Shown here one piece after another: positions 17,606 through 27,088 of a stretch of DNA of 64,000 nt. Origin of the DNA: an uncultured Actinomycetota bacterium. GTDB taxonomy: Bacteria > Actinomycetota > Actinomycetes > Propionibacteriales > Nocardioidaceae. Location: assembly GCA_963786415.1 (NCBI GenBank), contig CAWAZC010000003.1, forward strand, positions 535,720 to 599,719, given 5' to 3'. Position numbers and translations under genes: made by a program. Below the pieces are notes generated by a model. That model had not been told where the DNA came from. It saw nothing but the letters and a program-made list of their open reading frames with translations, and ran no database searches. Within the stretch, counting starts at the first letter, position 1, and every line of letters starts with the position of its first letter.

Positions 17606-18634
17606 TCAGCGCAACCAGGCCAGCACCACGCGCCCGGTGCGGGCCAGCTGGGCCCGGCTGACGACCGGCGGCAGGTCGGCCGCGCTGTGGTAGGCGGCGT
17701 ACGGCGTGCTGCCGAGCCGGAGGCCCGGCATGCCGGCCAGGACGAACTGCCAGTGGTCGCTGGTGCGGTTGAACTGGGCGTCGGTGGGGACTCCGGCCCG
17801 TCGCGCGGCGGCGAGAACGACCTCGCGCTGCCGGGCACCGGACGGCCCGGCCGACGACACCGGGACCAGGGTCCCGACCCCCACCCGGTCGAGCGAGAGC
17901 ATTCCGCGGACGGCACGACGCTCGGCCCGTCCGAGCGAGGCGACGTAGACGCGCGAGCCGTAGTGGTGGTCGGCATCGGTGTCACCGCGTGGCTCCTCGG
18001 CCCCGAAGGCGAGCACGACGACCGGGAGCCGGGTCCGCCGATCCCGGATCGCCTCCGCGACCGCGAGCAGCACCCCGACCCCCGAGGCGTTGTCCTCGGC
18101 GCCCGGCGACCCGGGCACGGTGTCGAGGTGGGCGCCGATCACCAGGTGCGGGCGATGCGGGTCGAAGCGGGGCGGGGTCGCGATCAGGTTCACCGACGTG
18201 CCGGCCGAGACCGGCACCCCCCACGAGTTCCCTGCAGGTACGGCTACCCGCTGCCGGCGCACGACGTACCCGCTCGCCTCCAGCTCCCCCGCCACCCAGT
18301 CGGCGGCCTGCCCAAAGGCCGGACTGGTGGCGTGCCTCGGCCCGATCACACCCGCAAGGCCGCGTACCGCGCGGACCGCGATCCCGATCTCGAGGTCCGC
18401 GGGTCGGATGCGTCGCGGCTCCGCGTCCCGGTCGACGCCTCCCTCGTCCGGCCGGGGCTCCCGCGTCGCCCGGGACGGGTCACCGGTCGGGGCTGCGCGG
18501 CCCTCCGGGCTTGCCGGGCTCTCCGGGCTCGCCGGGCTCTCCGCGCCCGGACCGGCAGGATCGCCGTCCACCGAGCATCCGGCCACGACGAGGCATCCCG
18601 CGAGAAGCGGCGCCACGAGGCCTGCGAACGGCAC
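17606..18634 (-). CDS. M28 family metallopeptidase lipoprotein
   Basis: Lipobox VAGC, GAHLDTV, GAEDNASG, FGAEE, SDH, YHSAAD. Confidence 0.85.
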   Translation of the reverse strand: MPFAGLVAPLLAGCLVVAGCSVDGDPAGPGAESPASPESPASPEGRAAPTGDPSRATREPRPDEGGVDRDAEPRRIRPADLEIGIAVRAVRGLAGVIGPRHATSPAFGQAADWVAGELEASGYVVRRQRVAVPAGNSWGVPVSAGTSVNLIATPPRFDPHRPHLVIGAHLDTVPGSPGAEDNASGVGVLLAVAEAIRDRRTRLPVVVLAFGAEEPRGDTDADHHYGSRVYVASLGRAERRAVRGMLSLDRVGVGTLVPVSSAGPSGARQREVVLAAARRAGVPTDAQFNRTSDHWQFVLAGMPGLRLGSTPYAAYHSAADLPPVVSRAQLARTGRVVLAWLR

Positions 18635-18742
18635 CCGTTCAGGCTAGCCGGAGCCGACCACCGGCAGGTCTGACCACCCGCAGCCTGGGCACAGGACGGT
18701 GTCGACGGCCCCGGTGCTGGACCCGGTCGGTGCTGCTCGCGA

Positions 18743-19918
18743 TCAGGTGGTGGGCGAGCCGCTGGCCGACGGTGGGTCCACCGGGGACGTCCAGTACTGC
18801 TGACGCGACTGGTAGGAAACGTTGCCGTACAGCGGTAGGTACTCCTCGTAGCGAGCCCGGTCGGCGAACACCGCGGATGGATCCTCGCCGGCCGCTTCGA
18901 ACTGCTCTACCGCGTCGGCCGAATCCAACGGCACGCCGCGGGCGACGATCAGCTGCGGCACCTCGCGGCCCTCCACCCAATCCGCACCGAACTGGCCCAG
19001 GCCGTAACCCATCAGCGTCCAGGCGAAGGCGATGCTGAGCTTGTACGCACCGCCGCGCTTGATCAGGTCGAGCGCCTCCTTGTCTCCATCGACGCCGGAC
19101 AGGAACATGTCGTCGGTGAGCTTTCCCTGCTCCGCCAGCGCCCTGTACGCGCCCACCACGATCGTGTCCCCACCTAGCACCACCTTGATCCCCGAGTAGC
19201 GCCGCAACGCGGTCATCATCGTGTTGAAGCCGGACGTGGTGCTGATCTCGGCGACGGTGATGTCGCCGACCACCTCGATGCCCCTGCCGCCCGTCGCAAG
19301 GCCGTCGAGCACTCCCTTGTGCCGGATCCTCAGCTGCGGCGATGCATCGTCCAGATTGAAGTACAGCACCTGGGCGTTACCGCCGAGCTCCGCGACGCAG
19401 TAGTCGGCAGCGGCCTTCCCCTGGTCGAAGCCGATCTGGTACTGGCTGGCCACGACCTGGATCGTGCTCGGCGCGGTGATGATGCCCTGAGTGCATACTC
19501 CACGGTCGATGGCACGCTGCAGCACGATACGGTCGGCGTCGGGGCTGAGCGGTTGCATCGCCAGCGCACCCACCCCTTCGTCGAGGAAGCGGTTCATCTG
19601 GTCGACGTGCAGCGCAGGGTCGTTCCCCGACGTCGCCGTGACGTAGTCGAAGCCGCGATCGCTGGCCGCCTGTCGCATGCCCCGCCCCAGCGCGAGGAAG
19701 AACTCGGAACCGGCCGTCGAGGCCCAGGCCATGCGGGCCGGCAGACCGGTTGCACCGCCTGTCGCCGCGGACGACTCGAAAGGAGCCAGCCCGTCGGGGT
19801 GGAGCCGCGCCGATGTGGCGCCGTTCCCATCGCAGGCGGCGAGCCATTGGGACGCCGACAACCCGCAGGCAGCCGCGGCGCCGAGCTTGAGCACGTTTCT
19901 CCTGGAGAGATCAGACAA
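18743..19918 (-). CDS. Tat-exported sugar-type periplasmic binding lipoprotein (RbsB-like) with no adjacent permease
   Basis: SRRNVLK twin-arginine signal, LAAC lipobox, type I binding-protein pattern (GVDGDKEALDLIK); GGAGG SD before TTG. Confidence 0.8.
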   Translation of the reverse strand: MSDLSRRNVLKLGAAAACGLSASQWLAACDGNGATSARLHPDGLAPFESSAATGGATGLPARMAWASTAGSEFFLALGRGMRQAASDRGFDYVTATSGNDPALHVDQMNRFLDEGVGALAMQPLSPDADRIVLQRAIDRGVCTQGIITAPSTIQVVASQYQIGFDQGKAAADYCVAELGGNAQVLYFNLDDASPQLRIRHKGVLDGLATGGRGIEVVGDITVAEISTTSGFNTMMTALRRYSGIKVVLGGDTIVVGAYRALAEQGKLTDDMFLSGVDGDKEALDLIKRGGAYKLSIAFAWTLMGYGLGQFGADWVEGREVPQLIVARGVPLDSADAVEQFEAAGEDPSAVFADRARYEEYLPLYGNVSYQSRQQYWTSPVDPPSASGSPTT

Positions 19919-19966
19919 CGCAGCAACCTCCGCGGGCCGGGGCAGAATGGTATCCGGACGATGTGT

Positions 19967-20413
19967 TCAACGGGGCGGCAGGCGCACGACCGTGATGAAG
20001 AAGTCGTCGATCGCCCGCACAGCGGACACGAACTGTTCGAAGTCGACGGGCTTGCGCACGTATGCGTTCGCATGCAGGTCGTAGGCCGCGATCACGTCTT
20101 CCTCCGCCTCCGAGGTCGTGAGGATGACGACGGGGATCCGTCGCAGGCTCGGGTCACCCTTGATGTCGGCCAGCACCTCGCGACCATTCCGCCGAGGCAG
20201 GTTGAGGTCGAGGAGCACGAGGTCCGGAGTCGCGGCCTCGGTGAACCGGCCCCGCCGGCGTAGATAGGCCATCGCGTCCTCGCCATTCGACACGACGGTG
20301 AGTCGATTCGCGATCTTGTAGTCCTCGAATGCCTCGCGGGTCATCAGCACATCGCCAGGATCGTCCTCGACGAGCAAGATCTCGATGGGCTGTGACGTCG
20401 ACTGGTCAGACAT
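19967..20413 (-). CDS. Single-domain response regulator (Rcp1-like)
   Basis: ILLVEDDPGD, PDLVLLDLNLP, IPVVILTTS, ANAYVRKP. Confidence 0.9.
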   Translation of the reverse strand: MSDQSTSQPIEILLVEDDPGDVLMTREAFEDYKIANRLTVVSNGEDAMAYLRRRGRFTEAATPDLVLLDLNLPRRNGREVLADIKGDPSLRRIPVVILTTSEAEEDVIAAYDLHANAYVRKPVDFEQFVSAVRAIDDFFITVVRLPPR

Positions 20414-21947
20414 GGGCGGCCGTCTCCTCCGGTGGAAGCGTGAACGATATGCAGGTGCCTGCGTGCTGCGCCTCGCGCACCTCGATGCGGCCGCCGTGGA
20501 ACTCGACGACCTTCCTGGCGAGCGCGAGGCCGATCCCGGTTCCTTCGTACTCGTCGCGACCATGAAGCCGCTGGAAGATGACGAACACCTTCTCGGCGTA
20601 CTCGGGAGGGATCCCGATCCCGTTGTCGGCGACGTCGACACGAATGGCGTCTCCCTCCACCGCTGCCGTCAGACGCAGCGACGGCGCCACCTCCGGACGG
20701 CGGTACTTGATCGAATTGGCGAACAGGTTGGTGAGCAGCATCCGGAGCAACGCCGGATCGCCGTGGAGGTCGTGGGCCCCGGGGCCGACGTCCACTGCGA
20801 GCGTCGCGTTCGTGCTCCGCACCTGATCCTCGAGCGACTCCCACGCGGTCGCGACGACAGCCGCGAGATCGACCGAGACGAATCCTTTGCTGGTGCGCCC
20901 GACCCGGCTGAGCGTCAGCAGGTCGTTGATGAGCACCTGCATCCGCTTCGCGCCGTCGACGGCGAATGCGATGTACTGGTCGGCGCGCGCGTCGAGCTGC
21001 CCTTGGTAGCGCTGCTCGAGCAACTGGCAGAAGCTGGCGACCTTGCGCAGCGGTTCCTGGAGGTCGTGGGACGCGACGTACGCGAACTGCTCGAGGTCGG
21101 CGTTCGACCGAGCCAGCTCGGCGGCATGTCGCTCCAGCCCACGCCGCTGCTGCTCCACCTCCGCCAGCACGCCGACGAGCTCCAGGCGCATGGACTCGAT
21201 GTCGTCGCCGATCTCGCGCAGGTCGGGCGGGCCCACCGGCTGGATCGAGGCGGTGTGCGCGCCGCGAGCCACCTCCCGCACTTGCTCGCCGAGGCGCTGC
21301 AACGGCCGGAGCACCGACGTGCTCAGCGCACGCTGAAGGACGATGACCGCGACCACGAAGGTGAGTGCCATCAGGGCGAGGACGACAGCCACGACGGTGC
21401 GGTCTCGGTCCGCGGCCTGCTGTGCGGTCACCACCTGGTCGGCGAGCTCGGCATCGAGGTCGGCGTTCGTCCGACGCACCCGCTCGAAGAGCTGCCGACC
21501 GAATTCGATGGTCTCGTCGGTGCCGGTGCCGCTCGCGCCGTCGGATCTCAATGACGCGTACTGTTCGCGCCACGCCGTGATGGCGGCGTCGACCGACAGC
21601 AGGTCGAGCCGGGCTGGGTCCCCGGGCGGAATCAGGCGCTCCAGCTCCACGCGGGCGCGCCGTTCGTCGCGCAGTCCCTGCCGATACGGTTCGAGGAAGG
21701 CCTGGTCGCCGGTCAGTGCGTAGCCGCGCAGGCCGGTCTCCTGGTCGACGAGCGACGTCAGCAGCTGGCTCGCGGCGAGCCGAGCCGGGAAGGTCCGCTG
21801 CACCTGATCGGACGTCGCGTTGTCGGCTTGGCGCAGCGCGACCGTCAGTGCCACCCCTGCCAGCAGCAGGAGCACGAACAGGCCGGCGAGCGTCACCCGC
21901 AACCGGCGGGCCAGCGTCCAGTCGGACCATGCACCGACCGTGATCAC
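20406..21947 (-). CDS. CHASE3-HAMP sensor histidine kinase
   Basis: DQETGLRGYALTGD..FLEPY (CHASE3), FAYVASHDLQEPLR, NSIKY, DNGIGI, GTGIGLA. Confidence 0.9.
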   Translation of the reverse strand: MITVGAWSDWTLARRLRVTLAGLFVLLLLAGVALTVALRQADNATSDQVQRTFPARLAASQLLTSLVDQETGLRGYALTGDQAFLEPYRQGLRDERRARVELERLIPPGDPARLDLLSVDAAITAWREQYASLRSDGASGTGTDETIEFGRQLFERVRRTNADLDAELADQVVTAQQAADRDRTVVAVVLALMALTFVVAVIVLQRALSTSVLRPLQRLGEQVREVARGAHTASIQPVGPPDLREIGDDIESMRLELVGVLAEVEQQRRGLERHAAELARSNADLEQFAYVASHDLQEPLRKVASFCQLLEQRYQGQLDARADQYIAFAVDGAKRMQVLINDLLTLSRVGRTSKGFVSVDLAAVVATAWESLEDQVRSTNATLAVDVGPGAHDLHGDPALLRMLLTNLFANSIKYRRPEVAPSLRLTAAVEGDAIRVDVADNGIGIPPEYAEKVFVIFQRLHGRDEYEGTGIGLALARKVVEFHGGRIEVREAQHAGTCISFTLPPEETAAHV

Positions 21948-21948
21948 G

Positions 21949-23106
21949 TCAGGACCACCATCCCGCGGTGCCGACGAGCAGCGCCGCGACGTCGTCGGTG
22001 AGGGGCCCTCCGTTCGCCTGCTCGACGGCGGCGACCAACGCCGATGCCAGCTCGTCTCGCGGGATACCGGCCGAGACCAGCGACCCGAGCAGTCGCTCGA
22101 GGCCGTCCACGCCGAAGCGGTTCGTCGATCCGGGCGCGGCGCGACCCTCGACCAAACCGTCCGTGAACAGCAGCAGACCCCATTCGCCCTCGAGCTCGAC
22201 GACGAACGGCTCCATGGGGAGACCGTCGTGAAGCGTGAGGATCGGAAGGCGACTGCCGTCGAGCTCGTCGACGTCATTGCCGCGGATCAGCAGCGGCGAG
22301 TGATGACCGCACAGCAACACCTCGGCGCGCGAGAGTGCGGTGTCCAGCGACACCGTGGCGATGGTCGCGTAACGCTCGTCGTCGTGCCGCTCTGCGAGCA
22401 GCACCTGCTCAACGCCGGGCACGACATCCACGCCTGATTGTCCGGCCAGCACCAGCGCGCGCCACGCGATCCGCAGCGCCACGCCCAGGGCCGCTTCTTC
22501 GGGGCCGTGGCCGCTGATGTCACCGATCAGGAGATGCACTCCCGCGGCGGTCTGCACTACGTCGTAGAAGTCTCCGCCGAGCAGTGCTCGGCCCCCACCC
22601 GGACGGTAGAAGCTGGCGATGCGCAGGTCGCTCGTCTCCATCAGCGGGCTCGGGAGCAGACCGCGTTGCAGGCGGGCGTTCTCCTGCGCGATCAGCTCGG
22701 CCGCCATGAAGCGGCGCCGATCCAGCGCGGCCCGCCCACGCTCGACTGCGTACCGCACCGAGCGCTCGATCGCCGTACCGTCCACCTGGCCCTTGACGAG
22801 GTAGTCCTGCGCGCCAGCAGCGAGCGCCACGCGTCCGATGCCGTCGTCGGGGCGTCCCGTGAGCACCACGATGGGTACGTCGGGCACTGCGGCGCGGAGC
22901 CGTTCGAGCGCGGACATACCCATGGCATCGGGAAGGCCCAGGTCCAGGAGCACGCACTCGGCATCGGGTGGCCAGCCGTCGAGCGCCGCCCGCATCGTGG
23001 GGAACCAGGTGAGCTGTATGTCCGGGGCGACGTCCGCCAACATGTCGGTCACGAGCAGCCTGTCCCCCGCGTCGTCCTCGATCAGGACCAGGGGTTGGCG
23101 ACTCAT
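21949..23106 (-). CDS. Receiver domain fused to PP2C/SpoIIE phosphatase
   Basis: LIEDD, LLDLGLPD, GAQDYLVKG; GGDFYD, IGDISGHG, FTDGLVE, DDVA. Confidence 0.9.
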   Translation of the reverse strand: MSRQPLVLIEDDAGDRLLVTDMLADVAPDIQLTWFPTMRAALDGWPPDAECVLLDLGLPDAMGMSALERLRAAVPDVPIVVLTGRPDDGIGRVALAAGAQDYLVKGQVDGTAIERSVRYAVERGRAALDRRRFMAAELIAQENARLQRGLLPSPLMETSDLRIASFYRPGGGRALLGGDFYDVVQTAAGVHLLIGDISGHGPEEAALGVALRIAWRALVLAGQSGVDVVPGVEQVLLAERHDDERYATIATVSLDTALSRAEVLLCGHHSPLLIRGNDVDELDGSRLPILTLHDGLPMEPFVVELEGEWGLLLFTDGLVEGRAAPGSTNRFGVDGLERLLGSLVSAGIPRDELASALVAAVEQANGGPLTDDVAALLVGTAGWWS

Positions 23107-23286
23107 GAGCTCTCCATTCGGCTCCAGCCACGGATTGTGCTCACCGTCGACCCGGGCAGCATACTGGCATCGTCGTCATCGGTCCCGGGGATCGGATGCC
23201 GGGACGATCAATGATGACGGGCCGGAGCCCCGGTCGCAGGCAAAGCGAATCTGACCCCGGACAACATGGTCAGGGTCTGCACAACC

Positions 23287-24849
23287 TCAGTCGAGGTAGT
23301 CGCGCAGAACCTGGGAGCGGCTCGGGTGGCGCAGCTTCGACATCGTCTTGGACTCGATCTGGCGGATCCGCTCGCGGGTCACACCGTAGACCTTGCCGAT
23401 CTCGTCGAGCGTCTTCGGCTGGCCGTCGGTGAGGCCGAACCGCATGGAGACCACGCCGGCCTCGCGCTCGGAGAGGGTGTCCAGCACGGCGTGCAGCTGC
23501 TCCTGCAGGAGCGTGAAGGAGACGGCGTCGGCCGGGACGATGGCCTCGGAGTCCTCGATCAGGTCGCCGAACTCGGAGTCTCCGTCCTCGCCCAGCGGCG
23601 TGTGCAGCGAGATGGGCTCGCGGCCGTACTTCTGGACCTCGATGACCTTCTCCGGGGTCATGTCGAGCTCCTTGGCCAGCTCCTCCGGCGTGGGCTCGCG
23701 GCCGAGGTCCTGCAGCATCTGGCGCTGGACCCGGGCGAGCTTGTTGATGACCTCGACCATGTGCACCGGGATCCGGATGGTCCGGGCCTGGTCGGCCATG
23801 GCGCGGGTGATCGCCTGCCGGATCCACCACGTGGCGTACGTGGAGAACTTGTAGCCCTTGGTGTAGTCGAACTTCTCGACCGCGCGGATCAGTCCGAGGT
23901 TGCCCTCCTGGATCAGGTCGAGGAACAGCATGCCGCGGCCGGTGTAGCGCTTGGCCAGCGAGACGACCAGGCGGAGGTTGGCCTCGAGGAGGTGGTTCTT
24001 GGCGCGCTTGCCGTCGTCAGCGATCCACTCGAGCTCCTCGAGCAGCTTCGCGCTGATCTTCCCGCCCTTGGCGAGCTTCTCCTCCGAGAACAGGCCGGCC
24101 TCGATCCGCTTGGCGAGCTCGACCTCCATCTCGGCGTTGAGCAGGGGGACCTTGCCGATCTGCTTGAGGTAGTCCTTGACCGGGTCGGCGGTGGCACCGG
24201 CCACCATGACCTGCTGCTCGGGCTCCCCGGACTCGTCGGCGTCGGAGACGATGAAGGTTGCCTGCTTCTCGTCCTCCACGATCGTCGGGTCGACCTTGAC
24301 GTCCTTCTCGAACTGCTCGTCAGGGATGTCGGGGAGGATCTTCTTGCCGTCGGGGCCGACTGCGGGAGGAACCATCTCCTCCACCACGGCAGCAGCCTTC
24401 TCGGCCGCCTTCTTGGCCGGTGCCTTCTTCGCCGCGGTCTTGGCCGTCGGCTTGGAGGTGGCCTTGGTGGCCGTCTTCTTGGCAGAGGTGGCCGCAGCTG
24501 GCCGCTTGGTGGCCGGCGCCTTCGACGCGGCCTTCGCGGTGGTCTTCGTGGCGGCCTTCTTCTCCGCCGGCTTGCGGGTCGTGCTGGCGGTGGCGGTACG
24601 ACGCGTCGACTTGGCCGCGACGGCACGGCTGCTCGTGGGCGGCAGGTCCACGGAGATCCCCAGCCCACTCAGGTGAGCCATCAGGCCCTTGAGGTGGCGA
24701 GGCTGGACCGATGCCTCTTCACTGGCCTGTCGGACGGCGTCGGGGGTGACGGTGCCTGAAGGGGTTCCTCCCTGGATCAGGGCCACCACTGCTGGGTGTG
24801 ACAGCACCTCGGCGGGAACTGGCTTGCGCGGGTTCGAAGACACGAACAC
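23287..24849 (-). CDS. rpoD: Principal RNA polymerase sigma factor (HrdB/SigA) with Ala/Lys-rich N-terminus
   Basis: [53 protein letters not shown]. Confidence 0.97.
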   Translation of the reverse strand: MFVSSNPRKPVPAEVLSHPAVVALIQGGTPSGTVTPDAVRQASEEASVQPRHLKGLMAHLSGLGISVDLPPTSSRAVAAKSTRRTATASTTRKPAEKKAATKTTAKAASKAPATKRPAAATSAKKTATKATSKPTAKTAAKKAPAKKAAEKAAAVVEEMVPPAVGPDGKKILPDIPDEQFEKDVKVDPTIVEDEKQATFIVSDADESGEPEQQVMVAGATADPVKDYLKQIGKVPLLNAEMEVELAKRIEAGLFSEEKLAKGGKISAKLLEELEWIADDGKRAKNHLLEANLRLVVSLAKRYTGRGMLFLDLIQEGNLGLIRAVEKFDYTKGYKFSTYATWWIRQAITRAMADQARTIRIPVHMVEVINKLARVQRQMLQDLGREPTPEELAKELDMTPEKVIEVQKYGREPISLHTPLGEDGDSEFGDLIEDSEAIVPADAVSFTLLQEQLHAVLDTLSEREAGVVSMRFGLTDGQPKTLDEIGKVYGVTRERIRQIESKTMSKLRHPSRSQVLRDYLD

Positions 24850-24972
24850 CTCTCGTCAGGAGCATGGGGGCGCGGCTGGACCCGGTACCGTCAAGAGCCG
24901 CGTTGGTCATTCTGCCACGCAGCCAAGGCACAAACCGAACTCACCCCGCCCCCCGTCCCGTCGGACCACGGC

Positions 24973-25542
24973 TCAGGACGTGGCCTCGCGGGCGGCCGCC
25001 TTCTTCGCCTGCTTGAACTCGCGGACCTTCTGCAGTGATGCCCCGTCGACGACGTCGGCTACCGACCGGTAGCCCTCCAGCGCATAGTCCCCGGCCGCCT
25101 GCTCCCACCCAACGGGTCGGACCCCGAGCTGTTTGGCCACGAGTGCGGTGAAGATCTGGGCCTTCTGCTTCCCGAAGCCGGGGAGGGCCTGGAGGCGTGT
25201 CATCAGGTCGGCCCCGCTCGTCGCCTCGGTCCAGATCCGCGCGGCGTCGCCGTCGTACTCGTCGGTGACGATTCTGGCGATCTCCTGCAGGCGTGCGGCC
25301 ATCGATCCGGGGAACCGGTGGATGGCGGGCGGAGTGCTGCACAAGGCCTTGAACTCCTCCGGGTCCGCCGCCGCAATGGCCGCCGGCTCGAACGTGCCGA
25401 ACCGGTCCAGCACCTTCGCCGGCCCGCGGAAAGCGTGCTCCATCGGGTACTGCTGGTCGAGCATCATCCCCACGAGAAGCGCGAATGGAGAGCCGTCGAG
25501 CACCTGGTCGGCGGCGGGGTCCTGTGCGATCTCGAAAGCCAT
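24973..25542 (-). CDS. HhH-GPD-type base excision repair family protein
   Basis: PFALLVGMMLDQQ, AIHRFPGSMA, LPGFGKQKAQIF. Confidence 0.85.
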   Translation of the reverse strand: MAFEIAQDPAADQVLDGSPFALLVGMMLDQQYPMEHAFRGPAKVLDRFGTFEPAAIAAADPEEFKALCSTPPAIHRFPGSMAARLQEIARIVTDEYDGDAARIWTEATSGADLMTRLQALPGFGKQKAQIFTALVAKQLGVRPVGWEQAAGDYALEGYRSVADVVDGASLQKVREFKQAKKAAAREATS

Positions 25543-25572
25543 GCCGCTCATCCTGCCCCAGGCGCCGTCACC

Positions 25573-25642
25573 TGCGGACAGTCCAGTGGCAGATGGCTGG
25601 AATCCGGGCCGGAGCCCGACCATCTGCCACTGGACTACCGCA
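25573..25642. repeat. Long inverted repeat (17-bp perfect arms); terminator or REP-like
   Basis: AGTCCAGTGGCAGATGG 25580-25596 pairs with CCATCTGCCACTGGACT 25620-25636. Confidence 0.75.
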
Positions 25643-25657
25643 CGGGGGGCGGGGGGC

Positions 25658-26097
25658 CTACTGCACCTCGATCGTCATCATCCCGTGGGGGTTGACCTGG
25701 ACGACGCGGATCTTTGTGCCCGTGCCCGCCACCCCCGACGTAACGGCAGGCTCATCCTGCCGCGGCCGGACACCCGTGCGGTCGAGGACGTACTCGAGGA
25801 GCGTCGGATGGGGTGGAAAGGACGTGCGGGTCACGGCACCGGTCGCGGTCCAGCCACGCCTCTCGTAGAACCTCTGCGCCCGGTGGTTCCCGGCGAAGAC
25901 GCGGAGGCGGACTCGCCGCAGGCCGGGCGGGTACGTCGCGAGGAGCGCGTCGTGCATCCAGCCGGCCAGGCCGCTCCCCCAGGTCTCCAACGCCGTGCCG
26001 AAGTGCAGGACCTCGTCCTGCGGGAAGACGTGGGACAGCCCGCGACCGCGCCGCGCTCCTGGAGCGCCATCAGCTCGGGGAGGTCATCGACCTCCAT
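25658..26097 (-). pseudogene. GNAT acetyltransferase remnant (frameshift near 26040, probable internal deletion)
   Basis: MEVDDLPELMALQERGAVAG shifts frame into LSHVFPQDEVLHFGTALETWGSGLA..NHRAQRFYERRGW; the central strands appear missing. Confidence 0.7.
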
Positions 26098-26114
26098 GGG
26101 GCGAAGCAGCCAGG

Positions 26115-26519
26115 TCAGGCGTCGGCCTTGACGGCGAGGACGGGGCACTTGGCGTCCAGCAGGATCCGCTGCGCGTTGCTGCCGAGGATCAGCTTGCCGA
26201 CGGGCGAGCGGCGGCGCAGGCCGATCACGATCAGCTCGGCGGACACCTCGGCGGCGATGCCGATCAGGTCCTCTGCAGGCTCGAACCCACGGACCAGCTG
26301 CCGGATCTCGTGCTCCACCCCGGCCTCGTCCAGCTTGCTCTTCACGGCCTCCATCTCGCCCTCGGCCTTGTCGGACGCAGCGCGGTCGAAGTCCTGGCCG
26401 CCCCGGTGCGAGTTCACAACCACCACCCTGGCGCCGCGCAGCTTCGCCTCCGCGATGGCGCTGGCGAGGGCCGCCTGCCCCTCGGGCTTGGGCACGTAGC
26501 CCACGACGACGTTCCCCAT
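26115..26519 (-). CDS. Universal stress protein
   Basis: VVVGY, AELIVIGLRRRSPVGKLILGSNAQRILLDAKCPVLAV. Confidence 0.9.
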   Translation of the reverse strand: MGNVVVGYVPKPEGQAALASAIAEAKLRGARVVVVNSHRGGQDFDRAASDKAEGEMEAVKSKLDEAGVEHEIRQLVRGFEPAEDLIGIAAEVSAELIVIGLRRRSPVGKLILGSNAQRILLDAKCPVLAVKADA

Positions 26520-26628
26520 TGCTGCCTCCTCGTGCTGGCGACTCGGGACCGGCCGGTCCCTCCGGCACGCTATCGAATCCCGGCCCTCGGCGGCAGCCTG
26601 TGGAGGAGTACGCCGCCCGGTCGGCGGA

Positions 26629-27084
26629 GTGGGAAGGCTGACGGTCGTGCCCGACCGCCCGGACCCGCATCACGACACAAGGCTCCGCCCGCAGACCCAC
26701 GTCCTGCTCCGGCGGGCCGTGCTGGACTTCCGGGTCTCGGAGCGGCGGAAGGTCTTCGCGCCGGTCCTCCACGTCGGCGTGCCGGGAGGGACCGGGCTGG
26801 CCTACGAGCCTCGGAGCGACGAGCCGATGGAACACGGGCTGCGTGCGGACCTGGTGGCGGCCTTCCTGCGACGAACCCGCACCGGTCCGGTCGAGCCCCT
26901 CGTGTGGCTCACCCGGACCGGCGAGTTCGTGCTCGAGGACATGGACGCGGAGTGGCTGTCGGCCGCCCGCTCCGCCTACGCGGAGGCGGGCGCGGACCTG
27001 ACGATGGTCGTGGTCACCCGGCGGGGCTGGTGGGACCCGCGCTCGGGTCGGCGCCGGGAGTGGAAGCGACTGCGCCGGCGATAA
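26629..27084 (+). CDS. Conserved hypothetical protein
   Basis: High-GC3 ORF filling the gap; WLTRTG..D..WLSAA..VVVTRRGW. Confidence 0.65.
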   Translation: MGRLTVVPDRPDPHHDTRLRPQTHVLLRRAVLDFRVSERRKVFAPVLHVGVPGGTGLAYEPRSDEPMEHGLRADLVAAFLRRTRTGPVEPLVWLTRTGEFVLEDMDAEWLSAARSAYAEAGADLTMVVVTRRGWWDPRSGRRREWKRLRRR

Positions 27085-27088
27085 GGGA

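Noticed and set aside
15114-17693. 859-aa ORF suggesting an EamA-CapA fusion
   Set aside because: Created by a +1 frameshift near 16298; each gene has its own start and a natural stop in another frame.
18503-18545. 18-bp tandem repeat encoding ESPASP
   Set aside because: Ordinary low-complexity lipoprotein linker.
24390-24600. AKK/ATK repeats in the sigma factor N-terminus
   Set aside because: Known feature of actinobacterial principal sigma factors.
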